64,000 bases of DNA. Origin: a virus (taxonomy: Duplodnaviria; Heunggongvirae; Uroviricota; Caudoviricetes). The stretch lies in the IMG/VR virus record IMGVR_UViG_3300031555_002904; one strand, written 5' to 3'. A model generated the notes under the pieces. It was not told the origin of the DNA. It did no database searches and was given only the letters and a program-made list of their open reading frames with translations. This document shows, piece by piece, positions 1 to 14,354 of this stretch. A program made the translations under genes and the position numbers. Within the stretch, counting starts at the first letter, position 1. The number at the start of each line of letters is the position of its first letter.

Positions 1-114
1 TGCAGCACTAAGCGCAGCATCATAACTTTCAAAATAGCTTCGTGCATCAAGAGGGAAAGCGGAAGTAGGATTAAAAGCTACAGAGCGATTGCCCTTACCA
101 AAGTTCATAGCCAT
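1..114 (-). CDS. Partial gene (5' end only), probable tail/structural protein
   Basis: ATG at 114 after AAGGAGG; MAMNFGKGNRSVAFNPTSAFPLDARSYFES runs off the window edge. Confidence 0.6.
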   Translation of the reverse strand, partial: MAMNFGKGNRSVAFNPTSAFPLDARSYFESYDAALSAA

Positions 115-131
115 AAATCTTTACCTCCTTA

Positions 132-1592
132 TTAAATAGTAGCAGTAAATACATTTGCTGCATCGTAAGGATTTGCAAAATCCATTACATAAACCTTATA
201 ATCAATAGCGCTGTGATGATCTGCGCCTTCAACTGCAATAATTTGAGGTTCGCCAAAACCAGATACAATATTCGCGTTAGAGTCGTTCTTATCCAAAACA
301 CTTGTTAAATCTTGAATAGTTGCTTCATAAGCAATAACAACTCTCATTGTTCCTACTGGAATATTAACAGTCATAACTGAACCTGCAGTTACATCGGCAT
401 TAGTTTTATTTAAACCTCTGATAATATCAGAAGTTAAAGTATTCTTTTCAGTCAAAGTTCCATAGAAAGCATTGCGATAACCTTTTACTGCATCAGTAAC
501 TAAATCAATAGTGCCGGCCGCAATCTTTTTACTTTCTACTGGATTTCCTAAATTGGAAACAGGAACAGCACCCTCAGTATAGCTAACAGTAGCACTGATT
601 TTATACTCAGTAGTATCATCTACAATAAAAGTAGATAATTTACCAGATGCCACATCATTAGATCCACCATTGGTGTCGGTTACAGCATATGTTGCAGTAA
701 TACCTGTGTCAGGGCCATAAGTATATTTGCCTTTACTAAAAGTAATAGCATAACTTGGCTCATAGGAAGTTCCAGCCTCAACACTAGCAGCACTCTACAA
801 AGCAATAGATGCACTAGGTTTAGTAGCGGATGGATTCTGCTCAGCTGCGAATAAGCCTGCAAAAAATTCTTTCAAATTTTTGCCTGCTGCTTTTACAGTG
901 GTACTACCAGAAGAAGGAATGGTTACAGTGCCTAATGCTTTAGTGAAAATAAAATCTTCATCAAAGTAGACATTTTCAGCATTATAATTACCATCCATCG
1001 CCGCCCATTCTAAACCGTCATAAACGTAGGCAGTATGTTGATAATTACCTTCGACAATAATATCTTTAACGATTGCTATGTCGCCAATTGCCAAAGTCTT
1101 TCCAGTAGTGTTGCTACCAATTAATTCAATATGATCAACATTATCAACATTCTCTAACTCAAACACTTGAGCTGTAATGGCCACCCATTTACCATCACTA
1201 CGTAAATAGCGATTTACATCTCCGGCGGCGGGGGCTGGAACAAGACCAGCTTGTCCATCAGAAGTTGAATTAGCTCCAATCATAACGCTAATGGCTTCTG
1301 CTAAAGGCTTATTTACCCAAGCGCCATTAGTGCCTGCGGAAGGATCATAAATCAATAGATCTTTATTAGCAAGACCTGCATTGATAACAACGTCGCTTAA
1401 TTTAGCTAATGAAGTAGCACCAATAGATTCATCATTGGCACCGCTTGAAATTAACTTAGAACCTAAATACAAATCAGCTGTTGAAGCATCATTATCATAA
1501 ATAAAATACAAAGTATCTAATTCAAGCTGATCTTTTGGTAATGCTTTAAAAGCTTCAGTTGTACCTCGTCTAAATTTTACATAATTAGCCAA
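132..1592 (-). CDS. Tail fibre/structural protein, 486 aa with TAG=Gln
   Basis: ORFs 795-1592 and 132-653 are in frame and joined by one TAG at 795; contains GLVPAPAAGDVNRYLRSDGKW fibre-type motif. Confidence 0.7.
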
Positions 1593-1652
1593 AATAATCT
1601 CTCCCTTCTTTTCAAAATTATTATATATAAACTTCCCTCAAAAAGAAAGAAA

Positions 1653-2468
1653 TTATACTAAAGAATTAACTTTTTCTTCAAGAGTTTTTACTTGCTCTTG
1701 TAAGGATTTAATATTTTCAGATAATAAACCAGTGGTTTGAACTAAGCCCTAAATACTAGCAGACAACGTACCAATTTGAGCTTCAGTATAATCTTTTAGA
1801 TTTAAAATTGACTATGTTAATGTAATATCTTCATCTTCTAAAAGGATTCGAAATGAATCTACATTGCCAATAATTTCACTAATTGATTCATCACTATCAT
1901 CAGTTACTAAACTAAAATCCCCAATGGTATCATCTAAAGTATTAACCTAATCATTTAATTTATTAATACTTTGAGCATTGTCTTTAATTTCTTTATTCAT
2001 TGTACTAGTAACTTCTTCAAGCTCATCTACAGCAGTTTCCAAATTATCAATATCACTAATAATATCAATAACGGGCATGCGATAATAAACTGCTTCATTA
2101 GAAGCGGGTAAAATATGTCCCGCTTCATCATATTGAATAATAGGAACTTTAAAATAATCTCCAGAAGCCAATTCAGTAACTGAAGATGGCGCTGGAGGAG
2201 ATTCACTTTTTTCAATCCCCTAAATAATAGTTGGGGTTATAGTATTTGGTAAACTATGCCAAATTTTACAACCTTCATTATCAGGCTAAATTTGAATCCA
2301 TCGGTTACCACTATCAATACCAAAGACACCTGTGCGGCTATCGGCCTCGAGAGAGCCATTAGATGGCTTATTAGTTAAAAATTGTTTTGAATCCCAACCG
2401 GAATTTTTAAATAAAATTTTTGCAAAAGATTGCGCAACTTGATAATATATAGAACCATAAAAACTCAT
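1653..2468 (-). CDS. Hypothetical tail-region protein with C-terminal coiled coil (5 in-frame TAG)
   Basis: Hand translation through TAGs at 2286, 2220, 1947, ~1812, ~1749 to TAA at 1653. Confidence 0.7.
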
Positions 2469-2815
2469 ACATATACCTCCGGTCCATCATACACTATATC
2501 CACGATGAGTCTATGATTAATGCTTTCACTATTATTATAAGTTTTAGTTAATACCTTATCATCAAATCTCAAACCGGTAATACGACCAACACCTTCTAAA
2601 TCAAGTTCATAAATACCTGTATTACCAATAGTAATAGGGTTGTTTCCTCCATTTAAATAGAAAACAACCCCCGGTTCGCCCTATATACCAAGATGAGATA
2701 CTGCTCCATAGTTATAAAATAAATTATTTGCCCAATCTCGTTCAGCCAATGAGCCAGATGGATAATTATTTTCATTTCCAGGACCATGATAGCGGAACTA
2801 CATCATTCGTTTCAT
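2465..2815 (-). CDS. Hypothetical tail-region protein, 116 aa (2 in-frame TAG; absent from ORF track)
   Basis: AGGAGG SD, ATG 2815, MKRMM*FRY...LGI*GEPGVVFYLN...IGNTGIYEL, TGA overlapping next ATG. Confidence 0.7.
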
Positions 2816-2828
2816 ATCTCATCCCTCC

Positions 2829-5276
2829 TTATATAATATTCTCTGCGGCCTTTGTCGCAGTAATAGACATTGTACCATTATAAGATAATGGTAAAGTAAT
2901 TTTACTTACAATATAATCTCCATCCAATCCTGTATCATCATCATGTAAATAAATACGAGTATTTGGTTGAAGATAATAAATTGGAATAGCTGTAATTGTA
3001 GCACTTTCAATACAATAACTGTGCTGATATAATAACTCATCTAATCGCTCTTTTGCGGATTTACCTTGCGCGCTAATTGAAAACATACCATCAATCTCAG
3101 CGCATTGAATATAGCGAAAACCAGGTAAAGCGCCCGTCTCACCGGGAGCCGCATAAATAACATTAGGAGTTTCTCTAAAGTAAATGGACTTTACATTAGA
3201 GTCATTGATTGCTTTTGGCCGTGCGCCAATGTTCTTTACATCGTATTTAGATAATTCACTAGATTTCTTTTTATCTTCATGTGAACCATCTAAAAAATCA
3301 AACCAAAAGTTTAAAGTTTCAGGTTTTTTATATACGGCCTTGTTCCAATATCTATGATCTCCGCTCTAATAATAATTTTCATTTCTGTCCTCAATTAGTT
3401 GCTCTACTTTTATAGTAATTTTATCTAATTCATAATTTAGATTTTCTAAACGATCTTTTTCTCTAAAATATAAATCGTTTAAAATTCCCATTGCGATATA
3501 AGGATCAGAAACATTAATAAACAAAGAAGCATACTGTGGATACTAATTTTTAAATTGAATTAATATCTAATTGGCTTCTGTTTGATCATCATCAGATAAT
3601 TCGTTATTAATTGCAGCTAAATAGTTTTCTAGTCCTCCGATACGATTATCGGTATTTGGATTTTCTTCTCCAAAAACAATCACAGTCAAAGTGTCTACCT
3701 ATTGTTGTAAATTAGTCTATGTGTTTAAAGCCTCTTGATATTGTTCATCCAATTCTGGATAATATAGCTATCTCCAAAAGCCTTGTAAGTCAATATAATA
3801 AATTTCATATCCTGTGCGGCCAGTCGGATATAAATCTCCATTCGCTTTGGCTACTCGCAATTCAAAGTCGCTTAAAAAATTATATTTATAATAATCAAGT
3901 GCCATTTGATAAATTACTTCACGCCAATCTGATTCATCTGCTGTAATTGTAGAAGATTCCTATCCTTTTACATTTACTTTATAATTATTATTATAAGTTT
4001 GTAACTCTTTATTATTATCTTCTACAAAAATTTTTGTATATTGTTTTGGTTTGCGATCAATAGCATAACGAATATGTACTGGAATTTTTGCTCCACTCAC
4101 ACTTTCACGTTCACCCCAAATTGAATAATCATTTTTAAGATTTAATAAATTGGGATTATTATTAAATGCTGTAATTAACTCACTACCACTAAACATATAT
4201 GAATGTGTTGAAGCGAGCGCTAGAGCCTGGCTCATAGGTGCATTTGAAGTTGTGGCCGCAGGTGACCACATTGTAGAAATAAAGGACTATTTTTTCTAAA
4301 AAATAAATCTTCCATCTATATCATAAAAATATTCAAATTCAACTAACATATTTTTAATTTTATCTAATACGCTAGTTAAACTTTCACCTACATTCGCAAT
4401 TAAGTCTCCTGCATATACTAAATCAGTTTCTCTATAGCCCGCAGTCTAACCATACTCAACTTTTGCTACATACCACTCTTGACCGTCCATTTCAATAATT
4501 ACATTAGTTAAAGTTCCTGTAAATGGATCAACTAACATTTCTAATTCCTCTGGCCGCAAACGATCGAGAGTCTTCGTCTCTCCGGTTTTTTGGACCCTAC
4601 AGATTTTTTTTCCATCAAGGGTAGCATTACGATAAGACTAATCATGAATACTTCTATACAAATACATTGGAATATCATATCTATATTCTAGCAATTCTAA
4701 ACCGTATGTATCTAAATCATTAATAATGATATTATGTAATGGTTCTCCACCATATACATGAACTGCATTACGAATAATATCTTGGATAGGAATCTTTCTA
4801 AGAGTCCATACACCTTCAGCATTTTCTTCCTCAATACAGCCAAAATCAATTGAAGATTCTAATGTACCTCCAATTTCACCATTTAATAAAGCCATTTTAT
4901 CTTTGCCTTGAATGGTTATAGAAAAATTATTCGTACTACGAGAAGTATTAAAAACGGTAATTAAAAAAATACCTTGATTAAACCAGATAATTTTAGGATA
5001 CTTAGTATCAATAGTATTTTCAACACCAACTTCTAACTTAAATTTAGTATTTAAACCCCAATAAAAATCATTATATTTAAAATCTTGTGCCACAATAGTT
5101 AGAGAACAGGTACGACGGACCGCAGAGGATCCATCAATATTAATAGACCCCTGCGTAACACGTCCTTCAATAGTTTCAATGGGTAGCTCTTGAAAAGTAA
5201 GAGCAGTAATACGAGCATAAATAATTTTATTTTTTGATTTATCTAATTTTAATAAAAAATCTTTATCATATAGCAT
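2829..5276 (-). CDS. Tail/baseplate hub-type protein (DUF5048-like), ~815 aa with TAG=Gln
   Basis: Fragments 4638-5276, 3960-4271 and 2829-3086 share a frame and are separated by TAG; motifs RRTCSLTI, GKDKM, IPIYYLQPNTRI. Confidence 0.65.
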
Positions 5277-7818
5277 TTATGCTCCCCCTTCCTATAGTAG
5301 CTTCATATGTCGAAATCAAAGCTCGATAATATTTTTCAAATAAACTATAATTCTCAGGGTCTTTTTCCCAATCTTGTCTCCACTATAAAAGTTTACCTGT
5401 TTCAAAAGTATAATATTTTGTATTTAATTGATATACAATATCTACAAATAAAGCATTACCTAAATACATATATTTAATATCGGATAAATTGGTTAAAATC
5501 ATACGACCTGCAGTTCTAATACTACTATATTGACCAGAAATTAAACTACCATCCTCCTTAGTCTTGTTATTGGTAATATCAAATGTGTAATCTAAATCTA
5601 ATGAAGAACCAATTAATTTTCTAGTCCATCCATCATAATATTTATCATCACATTTTACAATAACATCGATAGTTGGATGATATTCTTTGCTACCATCCCA
5701 AAAACGATATTTACCACCTTCAATAGCAGTAACTGATAATACAGTAATAACAGGTCGTTCCTGAACTTTAAGATAATAAACATTACCAATGCTTTCTCTT
5801 AATGGAGAAGCAAGATTAAACACTGAATTATAAATACCTTTATCTAAATGAGCCTCAATCTCATCTCGATTCTAACCAATCCATGTATCAATTTTGTCTT
5901 CAATTTTAACATCTTCAATGATACTGAAAGGCTCAATAGTAGCTTCAGTATATTGCGCATAAGTTAATACAGCGCTACTCCAAGAGGCAGAAGACTAAGC
6001 TCTAGCCTATAAAAATACTAGCGGATTTTCAGCTAACAAATATTTATCAAATTCATAAATACCAGTTACACCCAAATCAGCTTCTTTAATATTATCATTT
6101 TGTAGTTGATAATAAAAACGAATATTTGGCTACCCGATAATCGTAGCCATAACAGCGTTACCTCTCCAAATACCAAACTATGAACTTGGAATATCACTTA
6201 AAGTAACTTGAATAAACTCTAAATCACGAGTTTCTAATTTTTCTTCCATAAGCATACCATAAGCACGTAAATTTTCAAAAGTACAATCTGCAATTTCATA
6301 AGCTGTGCTTGTAAAAGTATGAAGCATACGACTTAAAGTATCATTAGGACTCATTGAAGTATTCATTAAACGCACAATAAAACTGCCCTCGCCAGGAGAC
6401 CGGAAAAGTTTAGGTTTACCATTAGTTAACCATTCTAAGACTTCCATTTTAAATTCTCGTTCCTTATGAAAATTATCTGCGCTCAAATCAGTATGGCTAC
6501 TAGTTAAATCACCGCGATACTCTTCTGAATTAATAAATGGAGTATTTACTCGATAAGGCTCTATAGTTTGAAGCCCCTCAATAAATTCGTTATTCTCATC
6601 CGTTAATACACTAATAAGACCTGAAATTGGAAATTCTTTATATTTTACATTGCCATTGCGGAAAAAGAAAGGATACTTTCCGCCAATAGTATCCATTTTA
6701 GATTCTAGAATAGTATTTTTAAAAGAAGATACTTTTGGATTGTAGCGAATACGCAATTGGCGTTTACCATCACTTAAATACATATCTTCAAAATCAACGT
6801 CTAATATATCAGTTTCAATACGCTTAGAATAAATGCCTGCCGCATTAAAAGCTTGTAGTGCATATTTATAAGATACTCCTTGAGATACACAGTAATCTCG
6901 ACATAAATACCTACGGGACTAACTATCCCAATTAGCCAAAACAAATTCAGTTAACTAATACCAACTTTGATAGTTATCTTCATTAGAAGCACGAAGCAAT
7001 AAAAATTGTCCATTAATAAATTTGCGGTCTTCTGGTTTTGTCGTGCTATGAGGCTCAATTGAAAGCTCCACGTATGCGCCGGCCGCATCATTTCTAGCAA
7101 CAAATTGATAATATTTTAAAATATCTGTATCAACTGCTTGATTATCAGTGATACGATATTTTTGGCTTTCTTCTACTAATCCATTAATTGTTTTGACACA
7201 GTATTGAATAGTAAAATCTCCATCACATCCGTATCTTGTTGTCCAGGTATCCTATGATTTATCAGTAAATTCATCAGTAGAAGAATTATGCAATAATTCT
7301 CCACTAGTCTACACAGGAGTATCTTTTCCTAATTCAAATATATTAAACCAATAAGAATAAACTTTTTCTGATGGGTCTAATGCATTCTCATAAACTCCCG
7401 TATAATTATAAATATTTGTATTAATTTTAATACCACCCTCTAAATCTTTTATAATTAAAGAGGGCTATGAAGTATATTTAAAAGTTCCTACTGAAGAATA
7501 GAAACCATCATTATCATTTTCACCATCCATATTGACATATGCTAATTGCACTTTATAATACTAACCAATTGAAAAATCAGATTGATTAATTGGAAATAAA
7601 GCAATCCATTGGTTATTCTTATAATACCACTAATCCACTTCACAAGTTGCAGTAGTAATTTGAACATTAGTCTATACAGATTTAATAATCGCTCTCATTT
7701 TTACCACATCACCTTTAGCAACAGAGCGATTCATTTGAAAGGGAATGCGTAATGTATCTCCCTTTTGAGCTACAATAACGCCATCAATAAGTGGCGGATT
7801 TAATTTTACAACTGCCAT
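5266..7818 (-). CDS. Large tail/baseplate protein, ~850 aa with TAG=Gln
   Basis: ATG 7818 after AAAGGAG; fragments 6178-6783 and 5383-5823 in same frame; linker 6177-5824 checked, only TAG stops. Confidence 0.65.
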
Positions 7819-7847
7819 TTTAGTTCTCCTTTCTCACCTTATAATAA

Positions 7848-7877
7848 AGTAAGGTGTCAGATTTCTGACACCTTACT
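7848..7877 (-). terminator. Intrinsic terminator-like hairpin
   Basis: AGTAAGGTGTCAGA-TT-TCTGACACCTTACT perfect stem just after gene 7885-8253. Confidence 0.6.
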
Positions 7878-7884
7878 ACATATA

Positions 7885-8253
7885 TTAGTCAATCATAAAC
7901 ATTAAAGCTTCCATTTGAGCAGTAGTCAGAGTCAAATCATCACTTAAAGCATCGACACTAATCTTAGAAATATTAACATCCTGCTCTAAATTAAACAAAT
8001 CCTCTAATTCCTTGCTAGCCTCAGCAAGCTTATCATTAGGAATCTGATATTGCTCGCCAGACTCATCTAATACACCATAAGTCTGAGCAATTTCTAAACG
8101 AGCCTTTTCAATATCCTGTGCCAAACTCAGAAGAGTATTCTTATTCTTCTGAAGATAGAAGTTAATCTTAATAGGTAACTTCTGTTCGCCATCCTGGAAT
8201 GCATCCATTAACTGACGAGTATAAGTATAAATTTCATTATTTGTCATTTTCAT
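7885..8253 (-). CDS. Hypothetical helical protein, possible fibre chaperone
   Basis: Intact 122-aa ORF with AAAGGAG SD, no TAG, directly after the fibre gene. Confidence 0.7.
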   Translation of the reverse strand: MKMTNNEIYTYTRQLMDAFQDGEQKLPIKINFYLQKNKNTLLSLAQDIEKARLEIAQTYGVLDESGEQYQIPNDKLAEASKELEDLFNLEQDVNISKISVDALSDDLTLTTAQMEALMFMID

Positions 8254-8304
8254 AAGAAAAAAATCTCCTTTATCTCAGTTTTTATTTTTTTTTATGTTAA
8301 CTAA

Positions 8305-11300
8305 TTATACATAAGAATAACCAGTATAAATAGTAACCTGTTCGAGAGTGCCACTACTATTCTACGCAGCATATAATATCCCAGTACTACTTTTATATAA
8401 AGTAATAGAATGTCTATGATAAGTAGATTGCCAAGATGGCCCACTGTCATTGGCACCAGTACCATTACCTATCCAAGCGTAACCACTAGATCCTTTAGAT
8501 GTTGGAGCATATGGATAAGTGGATCCCTATGATATTGTTTTCCACTCTAATCCAGTAGCATCACTATTAGTTGCTAACACTTGACCTGCAGATCCTACAG
8601 AAATTGCAACAGGTATACCATCAGAAAAGTATACCGGCCAATTAGTACTGCCAACACTATATTTTGTACCAGAACCATTGGCTAAAGTTAAAGCACTATT
8701 TGCAATTGCTACTTTATTATCTCCAATTAAAGTAAATCCTCCGCCAAACTCAGCAATATAATTTGGCAATGTATATGTTACATTACCCACACGGATATGA
8801 GTATCTTCTGGAATTTCTAAATAGTGATAAATAAGAGTAGAACATTCTGTATTACCTACTCCCAATTGTACTTTATTTGTAGCCAAAGTAATTGTCGAAC
8901 CATAAAACCACATTCCGCCACCAGAATCTTTGTTTACCAAAAGATAGGTATCTGCATCAGAAAAATATAAAGTGCCTGAAAAATAGCTTTTACCATTAAC
9001 TCTTAAATCATAATTATTATCTGGCTCAATTCCAATTCCTAAATTTCCTGTAATATAAGTGTCTCCACTCACTTTTAATACATAATCATCAACTGGATCA
9101 GTACCAATACCAGTATGACCACCAATTCGAGTTTTTCCATTAACTCGTAAATCCCATGTATCATTTGGAGCAATACCAATTCCTACGTGTCCAGTTAAAT
9201 AAGATTTTCCATTTACATATAAATGATAATCATTATTATAACTACTCTAACCTATTTTTAAATGACCAGAAATCCAACCTTCACCACTTAATTCAAATTT
9301 ACCTGTAGTTTTAACAGCTAATGTACCATGAACCGTTAAAGAAGTTAATTCTGCATTAGTAGCAGTTAATTTGCCTCCTGAAGTAACATTAAATGTCTCT
9401 CCTGCTTTGATACTAGAACCTGAAATATTAGTACCAGAAATAGTACCACCAGAAATGGCTGAACCACTAATAGCTCCAGTACTACCATTTAAAATAACGC
9501 TATTATTAGCGCTCTATAAATTACCATCTGAAGTAACTTTCCAATTGCCGATAGAACCAGTGCCACTAACATTAAGATTACCACTAATATTTATATTACC
9601 AGATAAATCAGCATTAGTAAATTTAGCATTACCAGCCGCATCAATAGACCAGGGAGATGTCGATCCTCCCTAAATACTACCATCCCATTTAATTTTAAAA
9701 GCATTACCAATTTCAATTGGTATTCCATTAGGATTATTCGTAATGGATAAAGTATTAGTACCACTATCTCCAGTAAAAGTAATTAAGCCTGCTCCATCAT
9801 TATCATATGCATCAATAATAATATTACTTGAACGTAACTCAAAATCAAATGCATGAATGTGACCAGTACTTAAATCAATTTTCATACCAGCACCGGGTAC
9901 GCCATTTGCTCCGATTGGATCAAAATCATCAGATTTTAAATAATATCCATCAGAACCAATATAAATTAAATTATTTCCACTCGTATTATTTTTTACAACT
10001 AAAAATGCAGTAGCTCCATCACTAGAATCAATCATTACATTTTTAGAAGTTAATTTAAAATTAAAAGCATCAATATAGCCTTTAACTAAATCAAAATAAG
10101 TACCTTCACCTCGATCATTAGCAACTCCGTCAGTAATCCAATAGGTACCAGACCGATAATTTCGAGACTATAAGAAATAATTATTTAATCCAATAGAAAT
10201 CAATGGTTTTAATTGCCAAGCACCTTCAATACCACTAGAATCCTTATTCCAAGGAACTTCAATTAAAAAATACTAATTAGTATTAGTAGATCCGTTCGTT
10301 CCAGTAGCACTTAATAAAATATGATTTGCATATCTACTAGCAATAGTATTATTAATAGCTTCTGTCGTGCCATCTTCTTTGTAAACAGTTTCATAATACT
10401 TATATCTATTCCCATCAGAACCTAAACTTGCACCACGAATATCAATATATCCGTCATTCAAATCAATTTTCATGCCTGCGGGAATATCATAAATAATAGC
10501 GCCATCTTGTTCACTACGATCTAACCGAGTCTATTCATAAGAAGCACTTGTAATCGCACCTTTATTGCCATCGAATTTAATACGACCACGACCTGCTTTA
10601 CCAATAAAAGCAGTGCCATCAATATTAAATCCAAAACTCTAGGCACCATCATTAAAACCATATACACCATATCCAGTTTTTGCGTCAAGATCAATACCAG
10701 CATTACCGCCAATATCACCCATCAACACACCTTGAAATGTATTATTTTCAGTTTTCCGTCCAGCACCTACCATTGATGATAATATTGTACCATTTTTTTT
10801 GTCAATTGTCAAGCTACCGTCCCAATCATTGAGTACAGAAGATGCAAAACGATTCTATGTAATTACAATAGGCTGAGACCATAATAAATCATTTGTAATT
10901 GCAGAATATGCTTTTACAACAGCATAACAATCAATATTATCCAAATATAATGAAGCTGGAGTTAAACCACCCGCATCATTAATAATTGGCATATAATTAC
11001 GATAAAACTAATACTCTTTATTGTTTTCATCTGTAAATTGTACACCATTTGCGTTATAATATTCAATATCCCAATTAACATCAATTTGATCATTGGGATT
11101 ATAAGTCTTAGATCCTAAAGTTATTTTTTTCATTGCAAATAACTTATAAGGATTATCAAACATACTTCTATTATCAATAGTACCAAAACTATTATAGACA
11201 ATAGAAGTTGGTCCAGAAATATAATAATCTCCTGCAGCCGCTGGTATTGCACGCACTGTCTCTAGTGTTACCGTACGATATTTCACTGTTCCTGCAGTCT

Positions 11301-14235
11301 CCTCAGCAGCCCCGGCCGCACTTAACTGAAATTTCGTACTTGCCTTAACAATACCACAACTTCCACCAAAAGCAGTTAAACCAATAACTTTATTTCCATC
11401 TTCAATTTTTGTAGGAGCATTGCCATTTAATTTAAACAACCAAGAGGAAGTAAATTCAGAAGTCTATCCGACTCCATTAGCTCCAATACTGAGATCAATT
11501 TCTTCATTATTAAAATCTCTTAAAGATACATCTAAAATTAAATTTTTAGTGGGTAAAGTTGCTACCTAATTTGTAGCAGGATTAATAGATAAAGTATATT
11601 TAGTACCATTGCTACCTATTACTCCAAAATTAAAAAATTCTTCGCCACTTACAATATCATTATCAGTAGCAGCTCTAAATTCACATTTAATAGAATTAAT
11701 ACTTGCGGAAGCATCATAGTACGGTTTAATTTTATACCAAAAATCTCTTGTATCAAATCCATTACCATCCAAGAAAGTCCATTTACCAGACTCATCTTTT
11801 TCTCCCTAAATCTATTTATAAAAACAAATATATCCAGCTTTTGAATAAGGTGGTTTTGGATTCATTTCATAATCAGTGACAAATCCATGAGCGATAAGCT
11901 CATCAATATTAACAGTTAACATAGTTGAAGTAATAGGAACGTACCAATAAATACCTCCGCTAGCAAGGATTTCATCACCATATAATAAACCATCATATTT
12001 AACTCGAATTTGTCGTAAATGGCTTGCGTCAGCGCTATCCATTAAATAATTAGTTAAATTATAGCATTGATAATCATTGCGAGATTTATCAATATGTTCA
12101 AAGATTAATAAATCTCCTGTTTCAATATTTGCGGTTTCGGGTATCCGATCTTCGTTAGTAAAAATTAACTCATCGCTTTCATACATTGCATGATTATAAA
12201 ATAATACTGCTTTGTATTTTTCTTCAGATTCATTAAATCTCATTATAACATCAATTAATCCCTCTCCTGGAGCGAGTTTAATTGCATTATAAGTTTTACC
12301 ATCAATTTTTTCACCTTTACCAGGAACACCTATATTGCGAGGAAGTTCAGTTAATCTACGCCAACCGTTAGATAAAAACTAATGAACTTCATTATTAACA
12401 TAATCTTTATCATATCTAAACCAATAAATACAATACTTATTATCATAAGCACTTAAATCTTTCTTAATATAAGATTTCCATTGAGTTTTTGTATTTTTGT
12501 AAGATTGTAAAGTATTATAATCAACACCATTAAAAACATCAATTGGAAAATCATATTTACTTTCTGGATCTAAATACTCTTCCAAAGTATTTAGCACTCG
12601 TTCCAATCGTATTTTATAAGTGTCATAAACTCCTGCATATCCACTATATGCGGCAGCATCTCCATACACTCCTGGTTTAATGACATTATTTAATAACGCT
12701 TCAATCTTTTGTCGCACAGTTTTAAAAGCAATCTTTATATTATTTCCATAGTGAATATCCCATTTACTATTCCAGTTATTTATTTTTTCACTATCGCTAG
12801 CCCATTCAAGATTTTGAGTTTTTACACCATGTGCTAATACACCCTTATATTGTGCTTCCAAAAGCTCAAGATTGTCATCAATATCTGCGGCAAGGGCAGC
12901 TAAAGAATCGGACCCTCCGGCGGCCGCAAGCGCAATTAATTTATCAATTTCATTTGTAAAAGTAGTAACTCCTTCTACCTAAGAACGCAAAGCTCTTAAA
13001 GTAGTTGTTAAATCCTAAGTGACTACTTTCATTGCCTTTGTAATTAAAGGAATAGCTTCTTCTAGATTAGCAGCAAGATTTAAACTATCTCGGTCTGTCG
13101 GGATACCTTCTCTACCCATCTAAGCAGTTAATCTAGTATCTTCTTTTGCTAAATTCAAATATTCTATTTCATCATAATCAGGGTCATATAATCCGTCACT
13201 AAAACCTAAATATTCATTTAAATCATTTTTATTATACCACAATAAACCCAATCGCTTTTCATTAGTAACTTTATTAATTTCATTAGGATAGCCTAATTTT
13301 TTATCATAGGGATATGGATTATGACCATAATATTTATATTGTGGATCACTTTCAGTATAAATTTTTAAAGTGTTATCACCAACTGCAACTAAATCGCTAC
13401 CAAATCCTAGCTCAATATTTTCTACAGTAATATTGCCAATTAAAGCAGGTTCAATTTTATTTCCATTAATATCAAAAAAATTACCATCTTGATATAATGT
13501 CAGTAAAATATCTGTAATAATACCAACTGTTCCAATATCAAAAATTTTTGTCTACTAAGTAGCAATAGAAAATGCATATGGATTACCAAACATTTCAGAA
13601 CTTTCTAAATAAGCAGTTTTTAAAAGTTTGCGTGTACTATTTCTGTTTGGTTTTACAACTAAATCTAACTATAAACCATATGTACCAGATTTTACATTAT
13701 AATTATGTAAAAAAGTTTTAAAATCTGCTTTTAAAGTAATTGTATTATAAATACCATTAGTTTGAAGATCAGCAAAAGCACCATCAGCTAATGGAATACA
13801 ACAAATTAAATGATGTTTTGGGTCAGGATCATCTTCAGTAATTTTTCCATTTGCAATAATGCTCATTCCCTATTTATCATTTGGAATTAAATTACCTGTA
13901 ATATTAACTACTGTATTTAAAGGTGATACATATGTAATTGGCTAAGTGTAATTATCAGTTACATATTTACCAACAATAAATTTCTTTTTTGTAAGATCAC
14001 CCTTAATAATAGAAACACGAACCTAATCATTCACTTTGTATTTATCATTATCACTATATGCTTCAAAACGAACGGTACCATCAGTTACTTGATATCTACC
14101 ATTTTTACTATCACTTGCATCAACAATAGTACAAATAATAGTTGTATCAAATGATATATCTTTGAGCTTTCGATCAATAAGGATATCTACACCCTAAAAC
14201 AACTGCTCTAAATAATCAGTATGATTATTGTCCAT
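8305..14235 (-). CDS. Very large tail fibre/host-specificity protein, ~1,976 aa with TAG=Gln
   Basis: Eight track fragments share one frame; ATG 14235 with SD, TAA 8305; C-terminal Gly-rich beta repeats (GHVGIGIAP, GNLGIGIEP). Confidence 0.7.
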
Positions 14236-14264
14236 GTAACCAATCTCCTTTCTCTCCTTAATCT

Positions 14265-14293
14265 ATTATATCATAAAAATTTAGAAAAGTCAA
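14265..14293 (-). promoter_or_regulatory. Sigma-A/70-type promoter
   Basis: TTGACT-17-TATAAT on minus strand upstream of 14235. Confidence 0.55.
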
Positions 14294-14315
14294 TTTTTTT
14301 ATTTAGACCAAATAG

Positions 14316-14349
14316 AAAAAGGGTGAGTTATGTTTTCATAACCCACCCT
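14316..14349 (-). terminator. Intrinsic terminator after tape measure gene
   Basis: GGGTGGGTTATG/CATAACTCACCC stem followed by T-run on minus strand. Confidence 0.6.
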
Positions 14350-14354
14350 AAAAT